From Stegostoma tigrinum (taxonomy: Eukaryota): DNA of 64,000 nt. The notes under the pieces were generated by a model that ran no database searches, was not told the DNA's origin, and worked only from the letters and a program-made list of their open reading frames with translations. The position numbers and the translations under genes are program-made. Positions 1 through 11,822 of this stretch are shown here, one piece after another (position 1 is the first letter of the stretch; each line of letters starts with the position of its first letter). Location of the stretch: contig NC_081370.1 in assembly GCF_030684315.1 (NCBI RefSeq), forward strand, positions 21,659,578 to 21,723,577, in the 5' to 3' direction.

Positions 1-55
1 AAGCAACAGCACAGAATCCTCCCGGAACGGCCTCAATGGCAACAACAAACACCCG

Positions 56-134
56 CCCACCTGCCCCGCGTGCGCCTCTCAAAACAGTCCCACCTGCCCC
101 GCGTGCGCCTCTCAAAACAGTCCCACCTGCCCCG
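56..134. repeat. 33-bp tandem repeat (about 2.4 copies) in a GC-rich promoter-like segment
   Basis: cccacctgccccgcgtgcgcctctcaaaacagt at 56-88 and 89-121 exactly, partial third copy at 122-134. Confidence 0.9.
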
Positions 135-639
135 GGTGCTACCCATTCTCCTGAAGCGCCCTTTGGTCTGAGTAGAGATCAGATCTTCGTATTCTAATTT
201 TTATTCGCACCGCTGTTTACAATCTGCTGTTTCTCACTTTATTTGAAAAGGGGAAGACTTTTCTCGATTCAGATTATAATGAAAGTAAAATGCTGCCGTA
301 AATCTGATTTTTTTTAAAAAAGGAAGTGCTGCTTAATACCGACACACGAGGCTGAGTATTTACAGCTTTTTTATGTTTGTATAATTTTAAAATTATTGTT
401 CTATTTTTACTGTTGCTGTCCAGGAAGACGTTGAAACTTGTCATAAACAGTACATGTCTGATTGATCATTTTATTTATTGTTACGTGCAACGAAGTACAG
501 TGAAAAAATCTGTTTACCAGCGGTACAGGCAGGTCATAGTATACAAAGATGTGCAGATCGAAAAGACTTATACTGAGGCATACAGGTTACATTGTAGGGA
601 GCGTGCACTGGACGAGATTAACGTTAACAAAATCAGCAT

Positions 640-2030
640 TAATTGATGCTAAAATCCATTCATCAGTCTGATAACACTTAGAAAGAGGCTGATCTTGAAC
701 CTGCTTGTGCATGTGCTCAGGCTTCTGTCTCTTCTGCCTGATGGAAGAGGTTGTAGGAGATCATTACCAGGGTGCGATGGGTCTTTGATGATGTTGACCA
801 CGTTTCCACAGCATTATGCAATGTAAATAGAGTCCATTGCTGTGCACACAACTTTCTGTAGTTTCTTACAGTTTCTGGGCAGACCAGTTGCCACAGCAGG
901 CCGTTATGGACCTGGAAAGTATGCTTTCAAAGGTGCATCTGTAGAAATTGGTGAGGGATGTCATGGATATGCCACATTACCTGAGCTGTCTAATGAAGAA
1001 GAGGCATTGTTTTGTCTTCTTGACCGTTGCATCAATGTGAGAAGTCCAGGACGTGCCATCGTTTATTGTCACTCTGAGTGACTTGATGCTCTCAACCTAT
1101 GATGTGTAGATCGGGCATGTTTTCCTTTCTTTCTGATGTCAATGATCAGTTCTTTAGCTTTGCCGGCATTGAGAGAGATGTTGTTATCATTGCACCATGT
1201 CGCCAAGCCTTCTATCTCCCTACTGTATTTTGACTTGTCGTCGTCTGACCCACTACAGTGGTGTTGTCAGCAAACTTGTAGATGGTGTTCATTTAGAATT
1301 TGGCAACAACTGTGAGTGTACGGGGATGTCACTAGGGGGGTTTGGGGGGCTGCAATGTTGAATGTTATTGTGGAGGAGGTGCAGTTACTTAACCTCTATG
1401 ATTGCTGCCTACGGGCCAGAAAGCTGAGAATCCAGTTGCAGAGGGTGGAGTTGAGACCAAGGTCACACAATATTGAGATCAGACTGGAGAAGATAATGGT
1501 GTGGAAGGCAGAGCTGTAGTCAATGAGCAGGAGTCTGACATAGGTGTTTTAGTTATCCAAATGTTTCAGGGATGGGTGCAGTGTTAGGGATATGGTATCC
1601 ACTGTGGACCTGTTTCATCAGTGAGCAAAATTTTAGAGAATGGAGGCAGGCTGGGAGACTGGAATTGATGTGGGCCATGACCAGCCTAATGAAGCACTTC
1701 ATGATTATTGAGGTCAGTGCCATTGGGCAGTAGTCATTAAGGCACATTGCAAGTGCTTTCTCAGGTACGGGGATGATGGTGGCCTTCTTGAAGCAGGCAG
1801 GGACTTTGGCTTGTAGTAGGAAAAGATTGAAGATGTTAGTGAATGGCTCCACCAGTTGGTCCACACAGGATCTGAGTGCTCAGCTGGGGACACTGTCTGG
1901 GCCAGTTGCATTCCTCAGGTTGACTCCCAGGAAAACCGATCCGACATCTAAAGCGGTGACAATGGAAACGGGCGTGACCAGGGCTGTCGGGGCAGGTGTC
2001 ACTGGGCCATTTGCATTCTGCTCAAACTGA
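640..2030 (-). mobile_element. Degraded Rex1/Babar-like non-LTR retrotransposon
   Basis: ORF 1553..1864(-) DQLVEPFTNIFNLFLLQAKVPACFKKATIIPVP..CLNDYCPMALTSIIMKCF is typical of Rex1 RT; frameshifted. Confidence 0.8.
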
Positions 2031-2220
2031 GCACCTCAGGAAGCCATGTATCTTTGTCTGCTGTCTTACTGTGTTTCATTTTGTACTCCAAAATGTTGTT
2101 TAGGCTTTGCTGTTGGTGGCAGGAGCCTGTTTTATAGGTTTGGGCCTCTGAATGCCTCTTGGCATCCCTGATGGCTTTGCGGATGTAATATCTGGAATTG
2201 TTGTTATGTTGTTGTGAAGG

Positions 2221-4696
2221 TCAATAGACAATAGGTGCAGGAGTAGGCCATTCGGCCCTTCGAGCCAGCACCACCGTTCATTATGATCATGGCTGATCAT
2301 CCACCATCGGTATCCTGTTCCTGCCTTATCCCCATAACCCTTGATTCCACTATCTTTAAGAGCTCTATGCATCTCTTCCTTGAAACTATCCAGAGAGTTG
2401 GCCTCCACTGCCTTCTGGGACAGAGCTTTCCATATATCCACCACTGGCTGGGTGAAGAAGTTTTTCCTCAACTCTGTTCTAAATGGCCTATCCCTTATTT
2501 TTAAACTGTGTCCTCTGGTTCTGGACTCACCCATCAGCGGAAACATGCTTCCTGCCTCCAGAGTGTCCAATCCCTTAGAGATCTTTATATGTCTCAATCA
2601 GATCCCCTCTCATCCCTCTAAACGCAAGTGTATACAAGCCCAGTCACTCCAATCTTTCAACATATGATATCCTGCCATTCCGGGAATTGACCTTGTGAAC
2701 CTACGCTGCACTCCCTCAATAGCAAGAATGCCCTTTCTCAAATTTGGAGACCAAAACTGCACACAATACTCCAGGTGCGGTCTCACCAGGGCCCTGTACA
2801 GCTGCAGAAGGACCTCTTTGCTCCTATACTCAATTTCTCTTGATATGAAGGCCAGCATGCCCTTAGCTTTCTTCACTGCCTGCTGTACCTGCATGCTTGC
2901 TTTCATTGACTAATGTACAAGAACACCTAGATCTCGTTGTACTTCCCCTTTACCTAACTTGACTCCATTTAGATAGTAATCTGCCTTCCTGTTCTTGCCA
3001 CCAAAGTGGATAACCACACATTTATCCACATTAAACTGCATCTGCCATGCATCCGTCCACTCACCTAGCCTGTCCAAGTCACCCTCTATTCTCATAATAT
3101 CCTCCTCACATTTCACACTGCCACTCAGCTTTGTGTCATCAGCAAATTTGCTAATATTACTTTTAATGCCTTCGTTTATATCATTAATGTATATTGTAAA
3201 CAGCTGCGGTCCCAGCACCGAACCTTGTGGTACCCCACTGGTCACCGCCTGCCATTCCGAAAAGGACCCATTTATCACTACTCTTTGCTTCCTGTCAGCC
3301 AGCCAATTTTCAATCCAAGTCAGTATTTTGCTCCCAATACCATGCACCCTAATTTTGATCACCAATGTCCTGTGTGGGATTTTATCAAAGGCTTTCTGAA
3401 AGTCCAGGTACACTATATCCACTGGTTCTCCCTTGTCCATCTTCATAAATACATCCTCAAAAAATTCCAGAAGATTAGTCAAGCACGATTTCCCCTTCGT
3501 AAATCCATGCTGACTTTGACCTATCCTGCTATTGCTATCCAAATGAGTTGTAATTTCATCTTTTATAATTGACTCCAGCATCTTTCCCACCACTGACGTC
3601 AGGCTAACTAGTCTATAATTTCCTGTTTCCTCTCTCCCTCCTTTCTTGAAAAGTGAGACAACATTAGCCACCCTCCAATCCACAGGAACTGATCGTGAAT
3701 CTATAGAACATTGGAAAATGATTACCAATACGTCCACGATTTCTACAGCCACCTCCTTAAGTACCCTGGGATGCAGACCATCAGGTCCCGGGGACTTATA
3801 AGCCTTCAGACCTAACAATCTATCCAACACCATTTCCTGCCTAATATAAATTCCCTTCAGTTCGTCCATTACCCTAGGTCCATTAGCCACTATTATATCG
3901 GGGAGATTGTTTGTGTCTTTCCTAGTGAAGACTGATCCAAAGTACCTATTCAACTCTTCTGCCATTTCCTTGTTCCCCATACTAAATTCACCCATTTCTG
4001 ACTTCAAGGACCCAATTTTAGTCGTAACCATTTTTTTTCTTTTCACATACCTAAAAATGCTTTTACTATCCTCCTTTATATTTTTGGCCAGTTTTCCTTC
4101 GTACCTCATTTTTTCTCTGCGTTTTGCCTTTTTAGTTATCTTCTGTTGCTCTTTAAAAGCTTCCCAGCCCTCCGGCTTCCGGCTCATCTTTGCTATTGTT
4201 ATACTTCTCTTTTAGCTTTATGCAGTCCTTAATTTCCCTCGTCAGGTACGGCCGCCCCTGCCTCCCCTTAGGATCTTTCTTCCTCTTTGGAATGAACTGA
4301 TCCTGCGCCTTCTGCATTATATCCAGAAATACCTGCCATTGTTGTTCCACTGCCATCCCTGCTAGGGTATTGTACCACTGAACTGTGGCCAGCTCCTCCC
4401 TCATAGCTCCATAGTTCCCTTTGTTCGACTGCAATACTGACACTTCCGATTCTCCCTTCTTCCTCTCAAACTGCAGATTAAAACTTATCATATTATCGTC
4501 ACTACCTCCTAATGGCTCCTTTACTTTGAAGTCCCTGATCAAATCCAGTTCGTTGCACAACACCAGATCCAGAATTGCCTCCTCCCTGGTAGGCTCCAGT
4601 ACAAGCTGTTCTAAGAATCCATCTCGGAGGCACTCCACAAACTCCCTTTCTTGGGGTCCAGTACCATCCTGATTCTCCCAGTCTACCCGCATGTTG
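2221..4696 (-). mobile_element. Relatively young 5'-truncated CR1 LINE (end of endonuclease, RT, 3'UTR)
   Basis: ORFs 4153..4707, 2910..4187 (KSPGPDGLHP, YLDFQKAFD, SGVPQGSVLGP, FADD), 2610..2906 (RPHLEYCVQFW) and 2100..2597; (CTATTGT)-type tail at 2221. Confidence 0.95.
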
Positions 4697-4869
4697 AAAT
4701 CTCCCATAACAACTGTAGGTCAGTGTAGGATTTGAGAGATGTGAATATTGATGATGCCCAGAGGAGTTAAAGACTCTCTCCCTAACCGTAAGAGGAAATT
4801 GTACCAGTTTCAGTGTCTTTCATTTTTACATAACATTAATTCATGTGCTATAAGGAGGTAAAGATATTG

Positions 4870-7250
4870 AAATACAAAATTGACCCATCGAGCCCATTGC
4901 ACCATTCAATGAGATCATGGCTGAACTGATGATCCTCAACTCCCCTTTCTTTCCTTATCCTTATAAACCTTGTTTCCCGTAATGTTTAAAAAAATTGCCT
5001 ATCTCGGCCTTGAATATACTTAACCACCCAACTTTACAGCCCTCTGCAGTAAAGAATTCCACAGAATGACTAAGCTCTCTCAGAAAGAGAGAAGAAAAAT
5101 TCCTCATCTCTGTCTTATATAGGTGATCCCTTACTCTGAAATTATGTCCTCTGGTTCTAGGCTCTTCCACAAGGATAAACAATTTTTATGCATATATGCT
5201 GTCAGGGTCATTAAGAATCCTTTATGTTTATTCTAAACAGGAACTACTCAACCTCAAATCACATGACTGCCCCTCTATTCCTAGAATCAATCTTGTGAAT
5301 CTTCTGTGGACTGCCTGTAATCCCGGTCTATCTTTCCTTATATAACAGGCTCAAAATTATTCATGGTATACCAGGTGTTGTCTGGTTAAAAAAAGGCTAG
5401 TGTCTTGTTTAGTATCAGTGAGAGCTCCCTGTTTTATGTACCATTTCCTTTGAAATAAAAGCCAACAATCCATTTGCCATCCCTATTACCCACTGAACAT
5501 GGATGCTAGCTCTTTTGCTTCACAAGGACTCCCAAATCCCTCTGTGCTACAGCTTTCTGCAGTCTTCCTCCACTAAATAATAGTCAGCTCTTCTTTAATT
5601 CCTGCAAAAATGCATAATCTCGCATCCTGTTTCATCTGTCAAGATTTTGCCAATTTACTTATCTATTATTTTGTAGACTTTATGTTAACCTCACTACTTG
5701 TCATCCAACTTATTTTCATGTTTACTGCAAACTTGATGACAATACATTCACTTCTGTCATCCAAGTCATTGAAATATTGTAAATAACTGTTGGTCCAGCA
5801 GTGATGCCTGTAACACTCCATCAATTATAGATTGCCATTCTGAAAATACCCACTTTATCCCAACTCCTTGTCTTCTATTAGTTAGCTAATCCTGTTACCA
5901 TAATATATTACTCATGACACCATGAGTTGTTATCTTATTAAGTAGTTTTATGTACATACCTTAATGTTATTTTAAAATCTAAATATATTACATCTACTGG
6001 TTCTCCTTTATCTATCTTGCTTCTACCTTGTCTTCAAAGGATTGCAATTAATTTATCAGGCATGACTGCCCCTTCATGAAACTATGCTCACTCTTCTGGA
6101 TTTTATTATATATATATAGAAATGCTCTGTCACTATATCATTTATATTGGACTCAACTTTTCTAAATTACAGACATGAAGCTAACTGACTTATAGTTACC
6201 TGTTTTTTCGACTCCTTCCATTTTTGAATAAGGGTGTTGTAGTGGCAGTTTTCCAACTTCTGGGTTTTCCCCCAAATCTAAGGATTCGCGGTTGATTAGT
6301 ACCAGTGCACCCACTATCTCTGTAGCTCCTTCCTTTAATGTCCAAAGAAATATCCCACTGCGTCAACAGGACTTATTAACCTTTAGCCCCATCAGTTTCC
6401 CCAGTACTTTGGTTTCTAGTAATAGCTGTTGTGTCTATTTCCTAACAACTCACCCTGCCTCCCGGATCTCTGGATTATTTATTATTTTTGGAATGCAATT
6501 GACATCACTTTAATATGAAGATGATGTAATATATTATTCAACTTAAACAACGTTTCCTAGTTCACCTTATTGTTTCCCCAATTTTTTTCTCTAAGGGGCC
6601 TCCCTTTTCATTTTAAATACATAAAGCAGATCTTACTTGTTATTATACTACTTTCAATAAGGCCTCCTCACATTCTTTGCATGCCAATGACAAGTCTTTT
6701 TTATATATTTTGCAGTTTGCTTTCATACTTTATTTTCCTCTGTAATATTGATTTTGGTAATTTTTTATTGACTTCTAAAACTTTCCAAATCCTCTGGTTT
6801 CCTGTTAATGTTTGCCATGTTGAATGTTTTATTTCAATTTGATACTATCCTTAATTTCCTCAATTAATCATGGTAAATTTATTCCTTACCTAGAGTCTCT
6901 CTTACTCACTGAGATATACCTTTGCTCTGAGTCATTACCTGTATTTGTAAATGTTTGCCATTATTTCTGATCCACATTTCTCACTCTCAATCCGAATGCC
7001 AAATTCTACCATATTATGGCCCTGTTCCTTAGGGAGATCTCTTACTCTGAGATCATTTATTAAATATGTCTCATTACACATTACCAAGTCCAAAAATAGC
7101 CCGATCCCTGGTTGGATCCATAACATATTGTTTTAAGAAACTCAAATACACTCTGAAATCTTCTCATGGCTGCTTCTGCCAGTTTGACTTCCCAATTCAC
7201 ATGAATATTATTAATTTTGCCATTTTACCACATTTCCATCTTTGACCATA
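4870..7250 (-). mobile_element. Old degraded CR1 LINE
   Basis: Colinear similarity to the 2221-4696 copy; fragments EEPRTRGHNFRVR and LDLVMCNE. Confidence 0.8.
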
Positions 7251-8761
7251 TTTGATGCTGTTTTCTTATTCTTGAACACCCTTTCCCTTCCTGTCCCTTA
7301 ACAGCAAAATATTACAGATGCGAGGAAGCTGAAACAAGCCCAGAGAATGCTGGAGAAATTCAGCAGGTCTGGCAGCATCTATACAAAGAGTTTTCTCCAG
7401 CATTTTCTGTGTTTGATCCCTTCCTGTCCCACACTGGCCATTATTATCAAAAAAGTTGCCTGGCAATGCCACTGTATCCATTTGTTTTGTAAGCCAATCT
7501 ATCTCTCCCCACAATCTTTGTCTGCTGTGGTGGCTAAGGTTTGACTTTAGATATAATTTAGAAATTTGTTTCAAATTTGAAACTGCATTAGTTTGTATTT
7601 CAAAATTCTACTGCAATTCATTAACATGATCGCAGATTTTGAGTTAAACTTTAGACTTCAATATGCTGCAGTTTCGTCGAGTGTGTTTCTTACAGCTGTC
7701 ATTGCAGCCAGTGGACTGATGTATTGTTACTTCTGCTTTATTTGCGTCAGCATTACATCCATATTTTGCCAGCATTTCTATGGATGGCGCTAGATAAACC
7801 AGGCAAAATCTGCTGAAGTATAAAGTAAAAATTATGAATGGAATTAAGGGGGAGACGGATGTGAGTATTAAGATTTCAAGTGATAGGGCTCCGTGACTAT
7901 TTTCTCTAGCAGCATGTTCTATTGTAAGACTGTCCTTGGGAATAAAGACTGTTGATACATAGTTTGAAAAAAATGGTCTTCGTACTTTGTATGGCTGGTA
8001 TCTCATATTTTGTCATTGCTAAAAGGCACCAGGAACTTGTTTCTGTCAATTCTAACCAGCCCATTTCATATTTTACAGAACATGATGGGTCTATTTTTGT
8101 CTTTCTTGTAGTGCCTCCCATTCCAATTTTTTTTAAAATCAAAGATGTAACACTGGTGTGCTTCCTATACTGATTTTGTGCAGAATTATAGAAGCCCCAC
8201 AATGTGAAAGCAGTCCATTCGACCCATCAAGTCCACAATGACCCTCTAAAGACCTTTCCTACTCAAGAATTGAAATTGTTATCACTGAGCCAAGGAAGAC
8301 ATCTTAGATATTTGTCTGTGTTGTGTGGTGGACAGTTATTAATACAATACAGATACATAACATATATTGAGAATACAATACAGGATAAGACCATTAAGCC
8401 CAGCTAGTCTGTGTTTGTTTTATGCTTCACACAAATCTCAACCTATTCCGTGTACTTCTCAATTTTTCAGCATTCCTTTGTAATTTTCTTTCCCCTCACA
8501 CACTCAACTTGCTACTTTTTGAAATGATCTATACTATGTGCCTCCATTATACCTGATTCCAGCAAGTTCCATATATTAATTACTGAAAAAAAGTCTTTTT
8601 TACTGGATTTAACAGAAACTATCATGTATTTTTGGATTTCCAAATAAGAGAAGTGTTTTCTTTACAGCTACTCTATCAAACGCCTAAAGGTAAAGACTTC
8701 CATTGGATCACCACTAATTTTTTTTTGTATAAAATGTCCAAACCTGTTCAATCTTTCTAGT

Positions 8762-8925
8762 ACAAAAACAGAAGTTGCTAGAGAAGCTCAGCAGGTCTGG
8801 CTGCATCTGTGAAGAGAAATCAGAGTCAACATTTTGAGTCTGAAGACCCTCTGTCAGAAAAGAGCTTTTCCAGCAAATTCTGTCTTTATTTTTGATTTAC
8901 AGAATCTGCAGTTCTTTTGTTTTTT
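8762..8925. mobile_element. Fold-back Penelope-terminus-derived element, older family (related copies at about 7300-7410 and 56032-56182)
   Basis: acaaaaacagaagttgctagagaagctcagcaggtctggctgcatct followed by an inverted copy of the terminus. Confidence 0.6.
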
Positions 8926-8974
8926 TCACTCACTGTTTCTAGTAGCTGAGTTCAAAATTTGGGGAGGTCTTTTA

Positions 8975-9290
8975 CCAAGACCCAGGTAATGCTCTGGGGA
9001 CCTGGATTTGAATCCTGTCTATGACAGATGGTGAAATTTGAATCTAATAAAAATCTGGTAGTAAAGGTCGAATTATAATCATGAAACTTTTGCCAATTTT
9101 CAGGAAAAGAACGTCTGGTCCACCAATGTCCTTTCAGGAAGGAAACTGCTGTCCTTACATGGTGTGGCTGACATGTGACAGAATTCCTGACCCACAACAA
9201 ATGTTAACTCGAAACTCTCCTTTGAGCTATTAGGAATGGGCAATAAATAGTGGCCTAGCCAGTGAAACCCGCATCTTGTGAATTAATAGA
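8975..9290 (+). mobile_element. tRNA-derived Deu-domain (SacSINE1-like) SINE
   Basis: B-box-like gatttgaatcc, central ccaatgtcctttcaggaaggaaactgctgtccttac, LINE-type tail gggcaataaatagtggcctagccagtga. Confidence 0.65.
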
Positions 9291-9376
9291 AGAACAGATT
9301 CCTTTTGGAGTTACCTCCCTGTGTATTACACATTGACAAATAATCAGTCAGAAAAAGAATAAATTAGATACCACAC

Positions 9377-9382
9377 TTTATT
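9377..9382 (-). terminator. Polyadenylation signal AATAAA of TNNT3
   Basis: tttatt on the plus strand about 245 nt past the stop, followed on the minus strand by U-rich sequence. Confidence 0.7.
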
Positions 9383-9625
9383 TACAAAAACAAGAATGTT
9401 AGGACAGTTGTTTGTAATAGAAGAGGATGGGCGCTATATTAACATCTGTAAATAAAGGGGATAATTGTCATAGATCCAATGTGCAAATCAGAGTAAAATA
9501 GATTATTTCTAAGCATTGGACTTAATAGTGCTATATAGATTGTTTGCCACTTGAGTTGAGCTAGAATCCAAGCTTGAGACAATGCAGTCAGGTCATGCTG
9601 CAGTGGAGACTTCTGCTTCAACCAC

Positions 9626-9674
9626 TTACTTCCAGCGGCCACCAACTTTGCCCTTGCCAGCACCCTTCTTGCTG
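9626..9674 (-). CDS. TNNT3: TNNT3 terminal coding exon (SKKGAGKGKVGGRWK*)
   Basis: tttgtag|C AGC AAG AAG GGT GCT GGC AAG GGC AAA GTT GGT GGC CGC TGG AAG TAA. Confidence 0.96.
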
Positions 9675-9867
9675 CTACAAATCACAAGCAAAAAAAAAAT
9701 TGTCAACCTCTAGTACTTAAAATCCAGTAGATGCCCTCTCTTGTATAACAAACAAAACTGGCTCCAGATACAAGTGCAAAAACAAAAGGATCTCCAGTGG
9801 CCTTTACAAATTTTGGCTGGAATTATCAGCTAAGTAGAGGGTGAAAACAAACAGGTCAGAAGTCTTA

Positions 9868-10328
9868 TAATAACAAGGTGCAGAGCTGGATGAACACAGC
9901 GGGCCGAGCAGCATCAGAGGAGCAGGAAAGCTGATGTTTCGTGTCTGGACCCTTCTTCAGAAATGGGGGAGGGGAAGGGGACTCTGAAATAAGTAGGGAG
10001 AGAGGGGGAGGCGTATGGAAGATGCATAAAGGAGAAGATAGGTGGACAGGAGACAGGCAGGTCAAAGAAGCGGGGTTGGAGAGAGTAAAGGTGAGTTTAG
10101 GTGGGGAGCTAGGGAGGGGATAGGTCAGTCAGGGGAGCATGGACAGGTCAAGGACGCGGGGTGAGGTTTTTTGGTAGGAGATGGGGGTGTGGCTTGAGGT
10201 GGGAGGAGTGGAGAGGTGGGAGAAAGGACAGGCTAGAGAGGCAAGGATGAGCTGTCTGGTCTGCTGTGTACATCCAGCTCTACACTTTGTTATATTAGAT
10301 TCTCCAGCATTAGCACTTCCTACTATCG
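9868..10328 (-). mobile_element. Penelope 3'UTR/pLTR fragment with inverted terminus
   Basis: Reverse complement of the 37000-37358-type sequence (purine-rich tract); degenerate hammerhead core at 9931-9960. Confidence 0.75.
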
Positions 10329-10959
10329 AGGTCAGAAGTGAAAATTCTTCTGCAGTGAACTAATAAGCAGCATACTTTCTGGAGACAGTCTGTGTTAGTG
10401 GTTGTTTAGTCTATCTGACTCTCTTTCATGGCTTGTCCTCACTCAGATGATCTGGAGCAGGAGCACCCAGAACCCTTCTGTGACTGGATGCTGTAATGTT
10501 TGATGGATAGAGAAAAATCATTTTTTATTTAAATTGTAAGTTTGCTTCAGTTTCAGCTGAATAATTTCTTAATTGGGCCTCTAAAAAGAGAGGCACTTTT
10601 TGTTGACCTTTTTTAGTTCAGTGACTCTGCAGAATACAAATCTATGTAGAATAAACTTTCTCACCTCACAATGCGGTCTTTTGGCATCAATAACCCACTC
10701 TCATTTCTTTCTTAGCCTCTGCCATGATTACCTCTAAAGTGGCACTGGTCAAACATGAAAACTCTTCTTCATCTTATTATTGTTTTCATTACTTTAGAAG
10801 AGGGTTGATCAAAACTGTACTCATTGAAGAATGAAAGCAGTTGCCACACAGATCCAGGATATCAATTAGTGACCAGAATTTTTTTTCTCTCAGAGACCTT
10901 TGCAGTTACACTTGGTCTTTAGTCAATCTAGGGTCAGTTAGCTCAGTTGGCTGGAAGGT

Positions 10960-11822
10960 ACTGTCTGAGGAGCTTTGGTAAATTTCTACAGTGTGTGTTC
11001 TAGATCACAGCTACAACTGAGCATCAGTGGTGGAGAAGGTGGATGTTTGTGGATGGGACACCAATCAAGTAGACTGCAGTGTCTCGGATGTTGTCAACCT
11101 TCTTTACTGTTTTTTGAGCTGAACTCATCCAGGCAAATGTGTAGCATTCCATCATCCCTTCTGTCTTTTGTCTTGCAGATAATGGACAGGCTTTGGGGAG
11201 TCAGGAGTTGAGTTATTCACCATAGTATTCCTAACCTCTCACCTGTTCTTATAGCCATTGTATTTATGTGGTGGGCTCAGTTGAGTTTCTGGTCAATAGT
11301 TACCTCAAGGATGTTGATAGTGGGGGAATTCAATGATGGTAACACCACTGAATGTCAAGGGTTGGTGGTTAGATTGTTTCTTATTGGTGATGCCATTGCC
11401 TGGCATTTGTGTGATACAACTGTCACTTGCCACTTGTCAGCCCAAGCCTCGATATTGTCCAGATCTTGTTGCATTTAAGCATGAACTGCTTCACAATCTG
11501 AGGAGTCGTGAATGGTGCTGAACATTGTGCAATCAGGAGTGAACATCTCCACTTCTGACCATATGATGGAGGGAAGGTCATGATGAAGCAGCTGAAAATG
11601 GTTGGGCCTTAGAGACTACCCAAATGAACTTTTGCAGAGATATCCTGGAGCTGAGACGACTGACCTCCAAAAAACACAACCTTCTTCCTGTTTGCCAGGT
11701 ATCACTCCAACCAGTGGAGAGTTTGCCCCTGATACCCATTTATTCCAGTTTTGCTAGGGCTCCTTGATACCAAACTCTGTTGGATGCTGCCTTGATTGAT
11801 ACCAAGGGCTGTCACTGTCACC
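10960..11822 (-). mobile_element. Degraded CR1/L2-clade LINE fragment
   Basis: Reverse complement of the family at 21590-22325 and 27860-28660. Confidence 0.7.

Noticed and set aside
56-134. CRISPR-like array
   Set aside because: Head-to-tail repeat with no spacers, in vertebrate DNA
2910-4187. 425-aa reverse transcriptase ORF as a host gene or novel RT system
   Set aside because: Ordinary CR1 ORF2 fragment with flanking frameshifts and a stop, plus multiple older relatives in the window
2218-4702. aggtca as the target-site duplication of the young CR1
   Set aside because: Only 6 bp and overlapping the tail; cannot be distinguished from chance
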